Assembly (NCBI GenBank): GCA_963629575.1
Contig: CAVGIM010000003.1
Span: 6,770-70,769, forward strand
DNA length: 64,000 bases
Direction: 5' to 3'
Source of the DNA: Candidatus Methanomethylophilaceae archaeon
GTDB lineage: Bacteria > Fibrobacterota > Fibrobacteria > Fibrobacterales > Fibrobacteraceae
The notes beneath the pieces are model-generated. The model saw only the letters and a program-made list of their open reading frames with translations, ran no database searches and was not told where the DNA came from. This document shows positions 45,775 through 55,073 of this stretch, one piece after another (within the stretch, counting starts at the first letter, position 1; every line of letters starts with the position of its first letter). The position numbers and the translations under genes are program-made.

Positions 45775-46488
45775 ATGGCCTCTAAAATGCCGAACAACAT
45801 GCCGAATGGCGGTTCTTCCGCCGGAAATTCGGAAATGAAGGAATTTTTTATCCAGCATGGAATGGTGGTGGGAATCGTTCTCCTTGTCGTCGTCATCGCC
45901 GTCATCGCGGCGGTGCGCTTTCACGCTTCGAGGACCGAGACGAACGCGGCGCAGGCGGAACTTTTGGGCCAGGCGCTTGCCTACGAATATACGGGCAAGA
46001 AGGACAGCGCGCTTGCGGAGTATGACCGCTTGCTTTCTCAAAACGAACTGAGCGGGGAAACCCTTGCCAAGGCGGCGCTTCTTTCGGGGAACATCCGTTT
46101 CCAGAATGGCGAATTCGATGCCGCGGCGATTCTCTACCAGAAGGCGCTCGACAATGCGGGAAAGTTGCCGCTTGTTCGCGGCGGCGCGATGCACGGACAG
46201 GCCGCTGTCGCTATCGAAAAGAAAGACTATGCCTCTGCGGTAAATCTTCTCGAAAAGTTCATCGCCGAGTTTGGCAAGCGGACCGGAGACTTAGAAGACC
46301 GCTATGAAAAGGTCGAACCGACGGATCCCGTTCCGACGGTGGCAGATGCGCTCTGGAAGCTTTCGCTCGTCTATGGCCAGATGGGCTATCCGGAGAAGGC
46401 GAAGGCGACTGCCGAGAAGCTCCTCAAGAAATACGGCGACAGCCCGGTTTACGTGGATCGCGCAAAGAAGCTGATCGCGTCTCTCTGA
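45775..46488 (+). CDS. Membrane-anchored TPR protein (YfgM-like)
   Basis: Single N-terminal TM segment followed by TPR helices. Confidence 0.7.
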   Translation: MASKMPNNMPNGGSSAGNSEMKEFFIQHGMVVGIVLLVVVIAVIAAVRFHASRTETNAAQAELLGQALAYEYTGKKDSALAEYDRLLSQNELSGETLAKAALLSGNIRFQNGEFDAAAILYQKALDNAGKLPLVRGGAMHGQAAVAIEKKDYASAVNLLEKFIAEFGKRTGDLEDRYEKVEPTDPVPTVADALWKLSLVYGQMGYPEKAKATAEKLLKKYGDSPVYVDRAKKLIASL

Positions 46489-46710
46489 TTTTTACTTTTT
46501 GCTATTCAAAAAGTTCGCCTTTATCGGCGGACTTTTTTTGTGGAAAGCTTCGAAAAGGAAAAGTCTTTTTGAAAACTTGACAAATATGTTGTAAATGAAG
46601 CTTCTTGGGCTTGAACCGGCGGTCGAAGTCGAAAAGACAATCGAAAACTTTCGGGCGAAATATCCGTTCACATTTTAAATTTTCCCCGAAAATCAAATTC
46701 GGAGAATCAT

Positions 46711-47946
46711 ATGGAAGACTATATCCAGAACCTCTTTGCGGAACGCATCGGTGGAAGTTCCTTTGGAAAGGGAACCGTCCTTTACAAGTTCGAAAAGATC
46801 AAGCGGGCGAGACGCGCGGCGGAAAAGTCGCATCCCGAAACGCCGATTATCGACATGGGTGTCGGCGAACCGGACTGGATGGCGGATCCGGCGGTCGTGA
46901 AAAGACTCGCTTCGGAGGCCGAAAAGTGGGAAAATCGCGGATATTCGGACAATGGAATCTTGCCGTTCCAGGAAGCGGCAGCAAAGTACATGGAACGAGT
47001 CTTCGGGGTGCGCGGACTGGATCCGCAGAACGAAATCTGCCACAGCATCGGTTCAAAGCCTGCGCTCGCGATGATTCCGCAAGCCTTTATCAATCCGGGC
47101 GATGTTTCGATAGTGACGGTTCCCGGGTATGGGGTTCTCGGAACGATGACCCGCTTTCTCGGCGGAGAGGTCTATTCTCTTCCCCTTTCTCCCGAAAACG
47201 ATTTCTTGCCGGATCTCGAAAGCGTTCCGGCGGACATTGCGAAGCGCGCCAAGATCCTCTACATCAACTATCCGAACAATCCCACGGGAGCCGTGGCTAC
47301 GCCCGAGTTCTTTGGAAAGGTCGTCGAGTTCGCGCGAAAGAATCACGTCATAGTCGTTTCCGATGCGGCCTATGCGGCGCTTACCTTCGACGGCTATGCG
47401 CCTCTCAGCTTTCTCTCCGTTCCCGGGGCAAGGGAGGTCGGCGTGGAAATTCAGTCTCTTTCGAAGGCGTTCAACATGACGGGCTGGCGTCTCGGCTTTG
47501 TCGCGGGAAACGAGAAAATCGTGAAAGGCTTTGCCTGTGTCAAGGACAATAACGATTCGGGGCAGTTCAAGGCTATCCAGTATGCGGGTGTCGAGGCTCT
47601 TTCTTCACCTGCGATTACGGAACGGACCGTCGCGAAGTATTCCAGACGGCACGATTTGCTGGTCAAGGCGTTGTCCGATGTCGGGTTCCAGGTCAAAAAG
47701 CCGAAGGGAAGCTTTTACCTATATGCAAAATCCCCGAAGGGAATCGAAGACGGCGAATCCTTTGCGACCGCCGAGGACTTTTCGCAGTGGCTGATTCGCG
47801 AAAAGCAGATTTCGACGGTTCCCTGGGACGATGCGGGACATTTTATCCGATTCAGCGTCACGTTCACTGCGGATTCGGAAACCGCGGAAGTCTCCCTGAT
47901 GGAAGAAATCAAGCGCAGACTTTCGGGCGTAAAGTTTGTCTGGTAA
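46711..47946 (+). CDS. dapL: LL-diaminopimelate aminotransferase (class I/II PLP enzyme)
   Basis: YKFEKIK, IGSK, NYPNNPTG, DAAY, SLSKAFNMTGWRLG, DNNDSGQF. Confidence 0.85.
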   Translation: MEDYIQNLFAERIGGSSFGKGTVLYKFEKIKRARRAAEKSHPETPIIDMGVGEPDWMADPAVVKRLASEAEKWENRGYSDNGILPFQEAAAKYMERVFGVRGLDPQNEICHSIGSKPALAMIPQAFINPGDVSIVTVPGYGVLGTMTRFLGGEVYSLPLSPENDFLPDLESVPADIAKRAKILYINYPNNPTGAVATPEFFGKVVEFARKNHVIVVSDAAYAALTFDGYAPLSFLSVPGAREVGVEIQSLSKAFNMTGWRLGFVAGNEKIVKGFACVKDNNDSGQFKAIQYAGVEALSSPAITERTVAKYSRRHDLLVKALSDVGFQVKKPKGSFYLYAKSPKGIEDGESFATAEDFSQWLIREKQISTVPWDDAGHFIRFSVTFTADSETAEVSLMEEIKRRLSGVKFVW

Positions 47947-47965
47947 ACGCTTCGGTTTAAAGCGA

Positions 47966-47996
47966 AAATCGCGCGGTTCCTTGAACCGCGCGATTT
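47966..47996. terminator. Bidirectional terminator
   Basis: AAATCGCGCGGTTC-CTT-GAACCGCGCGATTT between convergent genes. Confidence 0.8.
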
Positions 47997-48012
47997 CTGT
48001 AAGGAGAAAGTC

Positions 48013-48552
48013 CTAGGGAAACATTTTGTTCAAGAGCGAATCGATTTGTTCGAAGCTCTTCTTGGAAAGATCGCCGAATCGGTAGAACGTGCCGTCCTTG
48101 TTCACGATGAAGACGACGGGAACGTAGCCTGTCCCGTAGGTGGGCCCGAATTTGGCGTTTACGTCCTGGAAAATGGGAAATGTCGCGTTGAACTGGTCGA
48201 TGAAAAGGCGCACGTCGTTTTTCTTGATGCCGCCTCCGATGGAAATTCCTACACCCGTTAGGCCTTTGGGCTCGTACTTCTTGATGAGCGACTGCATTTC
48301 GGGAAAGCTCGCTTGGCAGTGTGGGCATTTGGGGCTGAAATAGTAGATGACAAGAGGCTTGCCGCTGAAATGGGCAAAGAGCATTCCCGGATCGTTTACT
48401 CCGGCGAGTGTCTGCATAAAGTCTATCTTCATCGGGATTCCTGCGGAATCCTGCAAGAGGGTCGGAGCTTCCTGCTTGGGAATGTCCGCTTGCCCAAAGG
48501 CGAAGATGGAAGAAAAGGCAACCAGCGCAATCGCTTTTACCGAAAAACGCAT
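48013..48552 (-). CDS. Exported TlpA/ResA-like thioredoxin-fold protein
   Basis: Signal peptide, CPHC motif, cis-Pro loop YVP; AGGAG RBS. Confidence 0.85.
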   Translation of the reverse strand: MRFSVKAIALVAFSSIFAFGQADIPKQEAPTLLQDSAGIPMKIDFMQTLAGVNDPGMLFAHFSGKPLVIYYFSPKCPHCQASFPEMQSLIKKYEPKGLTGVGISIGGGIKKNDVRLFIDQFNATFPIFQDVNAKFGPTYGTGYVPVVFIVNKDGTFYRFGDLSKKSFEQIDSLLNKMFP

Positions 48553-48608
48553 GAGAAACTCCTATTCAGAACGAACTGTAAAATATAAAATGACACGTTA
48601 AAAGTCAA

Positions 48609-49907
48609 TCAGGGCTTTAGCCGGTGGGGAAGTCGCGGAAAGGCGCCTGTTTCCCGGACGTGGGGAAGATTGCAAATCCAGGCGACCGTCCGTTCGAGCC
48701 CAAGACCGAATCCGGCGTGCGGTACGGATCCGTAACGGCGGATGTCCAGATACCAGGAATAGGTTTCGGGCGAAAGTCCCTGTTTCTTGATGGAATCTTC
48801 GAGAGTTTCGAGGTCTTCTTCGCGCTGGCCGCCCCCGATGATTTCCCCGAAGCCTTCCGGAGCGAGAATGTCCATGTTGCGGACGACTTTCGGATTTTCC
48901 GCGCTGCGCTTCATGTAGAAAGGCTTGATTTCCGCAGGGTAGTCATAGACGACGACTGGTTTTTCGAAATGCTTTCCGACGATAGTCTCGTCTGCTCCGC
49001 CGAAATCGTCTCCCCATTGGAAAGGGACTCCCGAATCCTGGATGATTTTGACGGCATCCGTGTAGCTGATGCGGGCAAACGGTTCGTTTGCGGTGATTTC
49101 GAGCGCCTTGGTGTCGCGGCCGAGGAGTTCGAGTTCCCGCGCGCTTTCTGCGAGAATCTTCTTCACGATTGCCTGGACAAGGCCTTCGGCGAGTTCGATG
49201 TCTCCATCGAGATCCATGTAGGCGACTTCGGGTTCGACCATCCAGAATTCCGTCAGGTGGCGTCTCGTGTTCGAGTTCTCGGCGCGGAATGTCGGGCCAA
49301 AGCAATAGGCCCTGCCGAATGCGGCACAGGCCGCTTCCATGTAAAGCTGGCCGCTTTGCGAAAGATAGGCCTTGTTTTCGAAATAGGGCGTGCAGAAGAG
49401 AGTGCTCGAACCTTCGCATTCGTTTGGCGTAAAGATTGGCGCATCGACCAGCGTGAAGTCTCGGGAATCGAAGTATTCGCGAATCGCCTGGACGATGCGG
49501 TGCCTAATGGAGAGAATGGCATGCTCGCGTGGACTGCGGATCCACAGGTGACGCTTGTCCATTAAAAAATCCGTTCCGTGTTCCTTGGGAGAAATCGGGT
49601 AGTCCCTTGTCTCGGAGACTAGCGTTACGCGCGAGGCGACAATTTCGAGTCCTGACGGGGCCTTGGGTTGCGAAACGACCTTTCCCCGGATGCGGATGGC
49701 GCTTTCCTGCGAAAGATGCCTGGCTAGGTGGAACTCTTCTTCGGAAACGTCGTTTACGCTGGCGACCACCTGGATGAATCCCGTCCCATCCCGGAACTGG
49801 ATGAAGCAGACTTTACCGGAGCTTCGGACGCGCGTGACCCAGCCCGAAAGTTCGACGTCCTTGCCGACGAAATCGCCTAGATGGCGAATGTAAATCTTTT
49901 GGAGCAT
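48609..49907 (-). CDS. asnS: Asparagine--tRNA ligase
   Basis: OB-fold FIQFRDGTG, YLSQSGQLY, FRAENSNTRRHLTEFWMVEPE, GEIIGGGQRE, GFGLGLER. Confidence 0.95.
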   Translation of the reverse strand: MLQKIYIRHLGDFVGKDVELSGWVTRVRSSGKVCFIQFRDGTGFIQVVASVNDVSEEEFHLARHLSQESAIRIRGKVVSQPKAPSGLEIVASRVTLVSETRDYPISPKEHGTDFLMDKRHLWIRSPREHAILSIRHRIVQAIREYFDSRDFTLVDAPIFTPNECEGSSTLFCTPYFENKAYLSQSGQLYMEAACAAFGRAYCFGPTFRAENSNTRRHLTEFWMVEPEVAYMDLDGDIELAEGLVQAIVKKILAESARELELLGRDTKALEITANEPFARISYTDAVKIIQDSGVPFQWGDDFGGADETIVGKHFEKPVVVYDYPAEIKPFYMKRSAENPKVVRNMDILAPEGFGEIIGGGQREEDLETLEDSIKKQGLSPETYSWYLDIRRYGSVPHAGFGLGLERTVAWICNLPHVRETGAFPRLPHRLKP

Positions 49908-49971
49908 GTCGCCTAAAATAGCAAAAGGAACGGGAGCTTGGCTTGGATGGGCTTCGGGAATTCGGAAGACG

Positions 49972-50000
49972 AAAAAAAAGCCCCACACTTGTGGAGCTTT
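49972..50000 (-). terminator. Terminator after tRNA-Gly
   Basis: AAAGCTCCAC-AAGT-GTGGGGCTTT plus a T-run on the minus strand. Confidence 0.75.
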
Positions 50001-50005
50001 AATCG

Positions 50006-50078
<73 letters not shown>

Positions 50079-50090
50079 GAGGACAGCCCA

Positions 50091-50119
50091 ATTATAGATA
50101 AAAAAAATGGACTTGTCAA
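50091..50119 (-). promoter_or_regulatory. Consensus sigma70 promoter of tRNA-Gly
   Basis: TTGACA-N17-TATAAT on the minus strand, 12 nt upstream of the tRNA. Confidence 0.85.
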
Positions 50120-50208
50120 GGGAAAAGAGCGGGATTCTTGATTTTTTTTGAAAATCTTCAAACGCTTGACTATATTGGGGGCAAAAAATGAAAAGTCAAG
50201 GAGTCTTT

Positions 50209-50862
50209 ATGGATGCGAAGGAATACTTGAAGGTCTATCTGGTGACGGATCGCGGGCTTTCGCTCGGTCGTTCGCTAGAAAAAGTCGTGGAAGAATCGCT
50301 CGCGGGCGGTGTTGGCATTGTCCAGCTACGGGAAAAGGACGCTTCTTCGCGGGAATTTTACGAACTCGCGTTGAAGCTGAAGAAAGTCTTGCGGAAAACA
50401 GGCGTTCCGCTTGTCATCAACGACAGGCTCGACATTGCGCTCGCTGTCGATGCGGATGGACTGCATATCGGGCAGAGCGACTTGCCGTATCCGGTTGCGC
50501 GGCGCCTGCTGGGAAAGGACAAGATCATCGGGCTTTCGACGGACTGCTACGAGCAACTCGTCGCGGCGAACGATTACGATGTGGATTACGTCGCATTCCA
50601 GGCTTTTTCGACGACGACAAAGCTCGACGCGGCGGAGGGAGTGGGGGTTGATGGGCTTCGAAAGGCGAAGGCGCTTTCACGGCATCCGCTGGTCGCTATC
50701 GGGGGAATCCACCTGTCAAACGCTGCCGATGTCGCTTCTTCCGGCGTCGATGGACTTGCCGTCGTTTCGGAAATCATGTCCGCGCGGGATCCAAAAATCG
50801 CGACGGAAAACTTGCGAAAAGCCTTTGAAGAGGGCCATGCGAAGTTTAAGAAGGAAGGTTGA
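50209..50862 (+). CDS. thiE: Thiamine phosphate synthase
   Basis: VYLVTD, VQLREK, INDRLD, GLHIGQSD, TTTK, VAIGGI; AAGGAG RBS (alternative start 50188). Confidence 0.95.
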   Translation: MDAKEYLKVYLVTDRGLSLGRSLEKVVEESLAGGVGIVQLREKDASSREFYELALKLKKVLRKTGVPLVINDRLDIALAVDADGLHIGQSDLPYPVARRLLGKDKIIGLSTDCYEQLVAANDYDVDYVAFQAFSTTTKLDAAEGVGVDGLRKAKALSRHPLVAIGGIHLSNAADVASSGVDGLAVVSEIMSARDPKIATENLRKAFEEGHAKFKKEG

Positions 50863-50910
50863 AAGTCCCGGGCTTCCACCGTTTCGATGGTTTGAATCCG
50901 CGACGGGAAA

Positions 50911-52488
50911 TCAAAGCGCAGCGTTGATTTTCAAGACTTTCCGCTCAAAGTCTTCGAGGGATTTTCCGACGACGAGAACCAGCTTTTCGAGATTGATCCG
51001 GTCCGGAATGGCGATGATGTCCGGCAAGGCGGAAGCCTTGGCGATAACGCTTTCGAGATCTCTATCGTAATCGGTTCCGCGTTGCCAGTAATCCTTGGGC
51101 GTGGGCATTTCGACGATTCGAAATTTCGCCTTCTTGCAGGCGGAAAGAATCTTGGGAGTGTATCGGAAATCGGCAATGCATTTTGCCTCGGGGAACTTTT
51201 TCCGGATGGAAAGCAGCGAGTCCGCCATATAGGCGCTGATTCCCATTTTGGGGTCGCGGACTGTGCAGGTTTCGCTTTCGACGCGGAAAATGCGCCCGGG
51301 AACGGCGCACACGTCTTTTCGGGATGTTCCTGTTTCCGTGTAGCCGATATTTGTCCCGATTTCCGGCAGCATCTTGTAGATGTTCGCCGCCTTCAGGCGA
51401 TCGACGCAGGCCTTGAGGTCGCGGCAGAGCTTGTCTTTATCGGAAAGCCTGCCTTCGATGTTTCCCTGCGAGAGAATGTTTCCCGCGTTAAAGAAAACAT
51501 CCCAGAAAAAGTCCTTGGTCGGCGGCAGGAAGTCTTCGGTTTTTCCGTTGCGGAGCGTTTTTCTCCCGTATTTTCTGTCCATAAACTTTCCGATGACCGC
51601 GCTCTGGATACCCTTGGCGGCTAGCGCCTTTTGGAGCGACTTCGTGTCTTTCGGAGAAACGGCGATAACGAGCGTGCCTTCGCTGATGATTTCCCACGGA
51701 TCGAGTCCGAAGATCCGGCAGATGCTTTCGATATCCTCGGGAACCTTGTACGAATCCATGTCGAGCAGAACGCCTTTTCCGGAAGCCTCGGCGACTTCCC
51801 AGACTCCGCGCTTGGTCCCGCCCTCGGTCGCGTCGTGCATCGCGTGGACACCTTGGAATCCCGAAGCGATTTCCGCATCCTTGACGACAGAAATTTCCTT
51901 CATTCGCTTGGCGGCGCGGCGAATGTCCCCGCTTTCGAGTTTTCCCTTGAGCGCTTCGCCCAGTTCAAATCCTAGAAGGGCCGCCGCCTCGATGGCGATT
52001 CCCTTGGTGATAACCAGGTTGTCGCCCGTCCTTGCGCCTTTAGGCGAAACGTATTTCTTGCCATATCCCCAGACCGTGATTCCCCCGATTGTCGGGCAGG
52101 TGACCGCTCCGTAGTAGCCCGTATGGCCTCCAACGATCGAAATTCCCTGTCGCTTTGCCTCGACGCTGATTTCCCGGACGAGACTTGCGATGTAATCCTC
52201 TTTCGTATCCGGAGGGAGCAGAAGCGAGTAGGTCATGAATTCCGGCTTGATCCCCATGACGGCGACGTCGCTTGCGCCGATGTGGACCGTAACGTATGCG
52301 AAGTCTTTCGGACTCATGCGGACGGATGGAAAAATCGGGTCTTCGGCGACGGCCATGAAACCGCCGGGAACCTTCAGAATGGCCGAATCTACGCCCATTG
52401 CCGGGCCTATCACGACTTTTTCGCTACAGCATCCGGTCTTTGCGAGAATCGCCTTGGTGAAAAAATCGTCATTTACCTTTCCGATCAT
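50911..52488 (-). CDS. AIR synthase-related (HypE/ThiL/PurM fold) protein fused to a C-terminal ThiN-like domain
   Basis: GPAMGVDSA, EDPI, SDVAVMG, VGGHT, AMHDATEGG, SEGTL; then LPEIGTNIGY...DVCAVPGRI...PKMG...FRY...PDII. Confidence 0.75.
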   Translation of the reverse strand: MIGKVNDDFFTKAILAKTGCCSEKVVIGPAMGVDSAILKVPGGFMAVAEDPIFPSVRMSPKDFAYVTVHIGASDVAVMGIKPEFMTYSLLLPPDTKEDYIASLVREISVEAKRQGISIVGGHTGYYGAVTCPTIGGITVWGYGKKYVSPKGARTGDNLVITKGIAIEAAALLGFELGEALKGKLESGDIRRAAKRMKEISVVKDAEIASGFQGVHAMHDATEGGTKRGVWEVAEASGKGVLLDMDSYKVPEDIESICRIFGLDPWEIISEGTLVIAVSPKDTKSLQKALAAKGIQSAVIGKFMDRKYGRKTLRNGKTEDFLPPTKDFFWDVFFNAGNILSQGNIEGRLSDKDKLCRDLKACVDRLKAANIYKMLPEIGTNIGYTETGTSRKDVCAVPGRIFRVESETCTVRDPKMGISAYMADSLLSIRKKFPEAKCIADFRYTPKILSACKKAKFRIVEMPTPKDYWQRGTDYDRDLESVIAKASALPDIIAIPDRINLEKLVLVVGKSLEDFERKVLKINAAL

Positions 52489-52497
52489 CGTTTTCTC

Positions 52498-53604
52498 CTA
52501 CTTGTTTCGAGTTTTTTCCGGGAATGCTTCCGCATCTTCGAAGTGCAGCGCATAGATAAATGTCTCGCTGCTTTTTCCCTTGAGTTCGAAAGGCCCCTTG
52601 GGAAGCGGGCTGTACTTTCCGACATGGGGAAGTTCTTGCAGAAGTTCTCTCGAAACGAGGAATTCTTCGCCTAGGCGGCTGCAGAGATCCTGCAAGCGGG
52701 AGGTCGTGTTGATGGCGTCTCCGTGGTAGGCGATTTCGCTACGAAAGTTTCCGACCTCGGTCATGATGACCTTTCCCCAGTGCGCCGCGGCCTTGAACGT
52801 CGGATAATGCCCGAATTCCGCTAGAAACCTCTTGCGCGTGCGGGAAAAGCAACGCTTGAGATCCTCGAAGCAGAGGATGGGCTTCGCTCTCTTGCGGGCG
52901 GCGGAAAGCGGCCACGTGAGAAACACGCCGTCTCCGGCTATCTGGTAGATGTCCCCGTCGTTTTCTTCGCAGCAGTTGGAAAGCAGCCTGTAGTATTCCT
53001 TCATGAAACGGCTGTATTTGACATGGCCCATTTCTTCGGCGAGCCGCGTGGAATTTCGCAAATCGACGAACATGAAAATCAGCCCGACTTCTTTGGGATC
53101 CTGGGTCTTTCCGAGGAGCGTGTTGATGAAAACGTTCGCCCCGAACTTCTTGTTTACGGAACGGATGAACGTGATGAAGAATCCCGATAGAATCCCGTAA
53201 ATGGCGAACGCCTGGACCTCCGGTTCACGGAATGCCCGCTGCAGGCGTTCCAGTCCGCGTTCGTCGATGAAGGAGCCGCTGTCGTACCAGTTGAGAACGA
53301 GAACGCAAATCGCGATGTCGATGAAAACCGTCGCGGTAAAGTACCCGAACCGGATAAGCATCGCCGCGGGAATCGGCCGCGGATCGCGGTCGTCTCGCAG
53401 GATGATAACGTCGTAAAGTCCGTGGGAAAGCCCGGTCAGGATGGCGAACTGGAACGCGGTCAGGTAGAGGACCGGATCGGCTGCTTTCGGGGAACCGTAG
53501 AAGTGAAAAAAGAAAAACAGGAAACTAAAAAACATCCAGCTTGCGACGTAGAACGCGATGGACTTGATCTTTCTCTTCTGGAGTCTGGAACTAAAGAGCG
53601 ACAT
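52498..53604 (-). CDS. Membrane-bound class III nucleotide cyclase (adenylate/guanylate cyclase domain)
   Basis: About 4 TM segments; MFVDLRNSTRLAE, AGDG, HWGKV, YHGDAINTTSRL, LKGK. Confidence 0.88.
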   Translation of the reverse strand: MSLFSSRLQKRKIKSIAFYVASWMFFSFLFFFFHFYGSPKAADPVLYLTAFQFAILTGLSHGLYDVIILRDDRDPRPIPAAMLIRFGYFTATVFIDIAICVLVLNWYDSGSFIDERGLERLQRAFREPEVQAFAIYGILSGFFITFIRSVNKKFGANVFINTLLGKTQDPKEVGLIFMFVDLRNSTRLAEEMGHVKYSRFMKEYYRLLSNCCEENDGDIYQIAGDGVFLTWPLSAARKRAKPILCFEDLKRCFSRTRKRFLAEFGHYPTFKAAAHWGKVIMTEVGNFRSEIAYHGDAINTTSRLQDLCSRLGEEFLVSRELLQELPHVGKYSPLPKGPFELKGKSSETFIYALHFEDAEAFPEKTRNK

Positions 53605-53610
53605 CGGGCG

Positions 53611-53790
53611 TCAATGTAAAAAAAGAGGGAGACTCCACAGCATCAGGGCAAGAAAAATATCTTTATACGAAGGTCCAAAGAGAAGCACGGACGCGAGGAT
53701 GAGGATTGTTCCCGCGAGAACAAAGAACAGGACGGAGGGCATCCTTTTCTTGAAAAGCGACTTGATGCGAAACCATTTTCCCACGCGCAT
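53611..53790 (-). CDS. Small hypothetical membrane protein (start uncertain)
   Basis: Two hydrophobic stretches; stop lies 6 nt before the cyclase start. Confidence 0.4.
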   Translation of the reverse strand: MRVGKWFRIKSLFKKRMPSVLFFVLAGTILILASVLLFGPSYKDIFLALMLWSLPLFLH

Positions 53791-53808
53791 AATATATATT
53801 CGGATTCG

Positions 53809-54951
53809 ATGAAAGGACTTTACATTCACGTTCCGTTTTGCAAAAAAATCTGCGGATACTGCGATTTCTCGACGCTTCCCGGTTCGAGAAGGCTCTTTGC
53901 CGAATATGTCGATCTGGTTCTCCGCGAAGCGGAACATCGGCTTTCGAAATGGAAATTCGCCGTTTCGGATTTTTCGACGGCCTATCTTGGCGGTGGAACT
54001 CCCAGCGAGCTTCCTCTCTTTGAACTATCGAGACTTGTCCGCGGACTCGAATCCCTTGGCGTGGATTTTTCGAAACTTCTGGAGGTAAACATCGAGTGCA
54101 ACCCGGATTCGGCAAGCGCGGAATTTCTCGAACGTGCGCACTTGCTTGGCGTGAACCGTTTCAGTCTCGGGCTGCAGACATTTGACGATTCCCTGTTGCG
54201 GGCGATTGGTCGTCGCGGATCGGCAAGGGAAAACCGCGAAGCTCTCGCAAGGCTTGTCGCGTTTTCTCGAGAGACGGGAACGCGTGCCTCGGCGGATCTC
54301 ATGTTCTGGCTTCCGGGGCAGAGTCTTGGACGGTTTCGGGACGACGTTTCGGAGCTTGCCCGGTCGGGAATCGGGCATGTGAGCTTTTACGGGCTTGCGA
54401 TTGGGCCAAGGACGGTTCTCGAAAATCGCATGCGGAAAGGGCTCTTTGTCTTGGACGAGGCTCTCTACCCCGAAATGTATGACGCAGGAGTGCGCATCTT
54501 GCAGGGATTTGGAATGGAACGCTACGAAGTGTCGAACTTCGCAAGGCCTGGCGAGGAGGGCTTGCACAACCGGAACTACTGGCGTCTCGGGGAGTATCTC
54601 GGACTGGGACCTTCCGCGCACGGCTTTGACGGAAACGTCCGTTCGGCGGCTCCTGCCCGCTACGCCGCCTGGAAACGCTGGGTCGAGGACGGTTGCCCGG
54701 ATTCCGGTCTTGAAAAGGATATGGTCGGAAAGAAGGAACGTGTCGAGGAGCGCATCTGGCTTTCGCTGCGTACGCGGGAAGGTCTCGACTTGCAAGCCCT
54801 GGAATCGGAAGAATCGGCGAAAATTCCCGAAAAAAGGATAGAACGCTGGTCGCTTCGCGGCTTTGTCGAACGAGAAGGTTCGCGCTTGCGTCTTTTGGAC
54901 CGCGGGTGGCTGATGATGGATTCGATCGTCGCGGACTTGATGCCGGACTAG
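53809..54951 (+). CDS. hemW: Radical SAM heme chaperone HemW (HemN-like)
   Basis: LYIHVPFCKKICGYCDF, GGGTPS, YEVSNFA, HNRNYW, YLGLGPSAH. Confidence 0.9.
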   Translation: MKGLYIHVPFCKKICGYCDFSTLPGSRRLFAEYVDLVLREAEHRLSKWKFAVSDFSTAYLGGGTPSELPLFELSRLVRGLESLGVDFSKLLEVNIECNPDSASAEFLERAHLLGVNRFSLGLQTFDDSLLRAIGRRGSARENREALARLVAFSRETGTRASADLMFWLPGQSLGRFRDDVSELARSGIGHVSFYGLAIGPRTVLENRMRKGLFVLDEALYPEMYDAGVRILQGFGMERYEVSNFARPGEEGLHNRNYWRLGEYLGLGPSAHGFDGNVRSAAPARYAAWKRWVEDGCPDSGLEKDMVGKKERVEERIWLSLRTREGLDLQALESEESAKIPEKRIERWSLRGFVEREGSRLRLLDRGWLMMDSIVADLMPD

Positions 54952-55073
54952 TATTCCAATTTGCGCTATTGCAAAAATCTTACATTGCCGAAATCCGAGC
55001 GTTTCCGTCATTATTAAGTTAATTTTCTACATAGGAATGTCACCGTTCCCTCCCTTTTCTGTGAGATGCTGGT

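Noticed and set aside
46489..46710. Lysine riboswitch upstream of dapL
   Set aside because: I could not recognise the conserved aptamer elements; an Rfam scan would be decisive.
50079..50208. TPP riboswitch upstream of thiE
   Set aside because: There is no GCTGAGA-type core; the region is short and occupied by divergent promoters.
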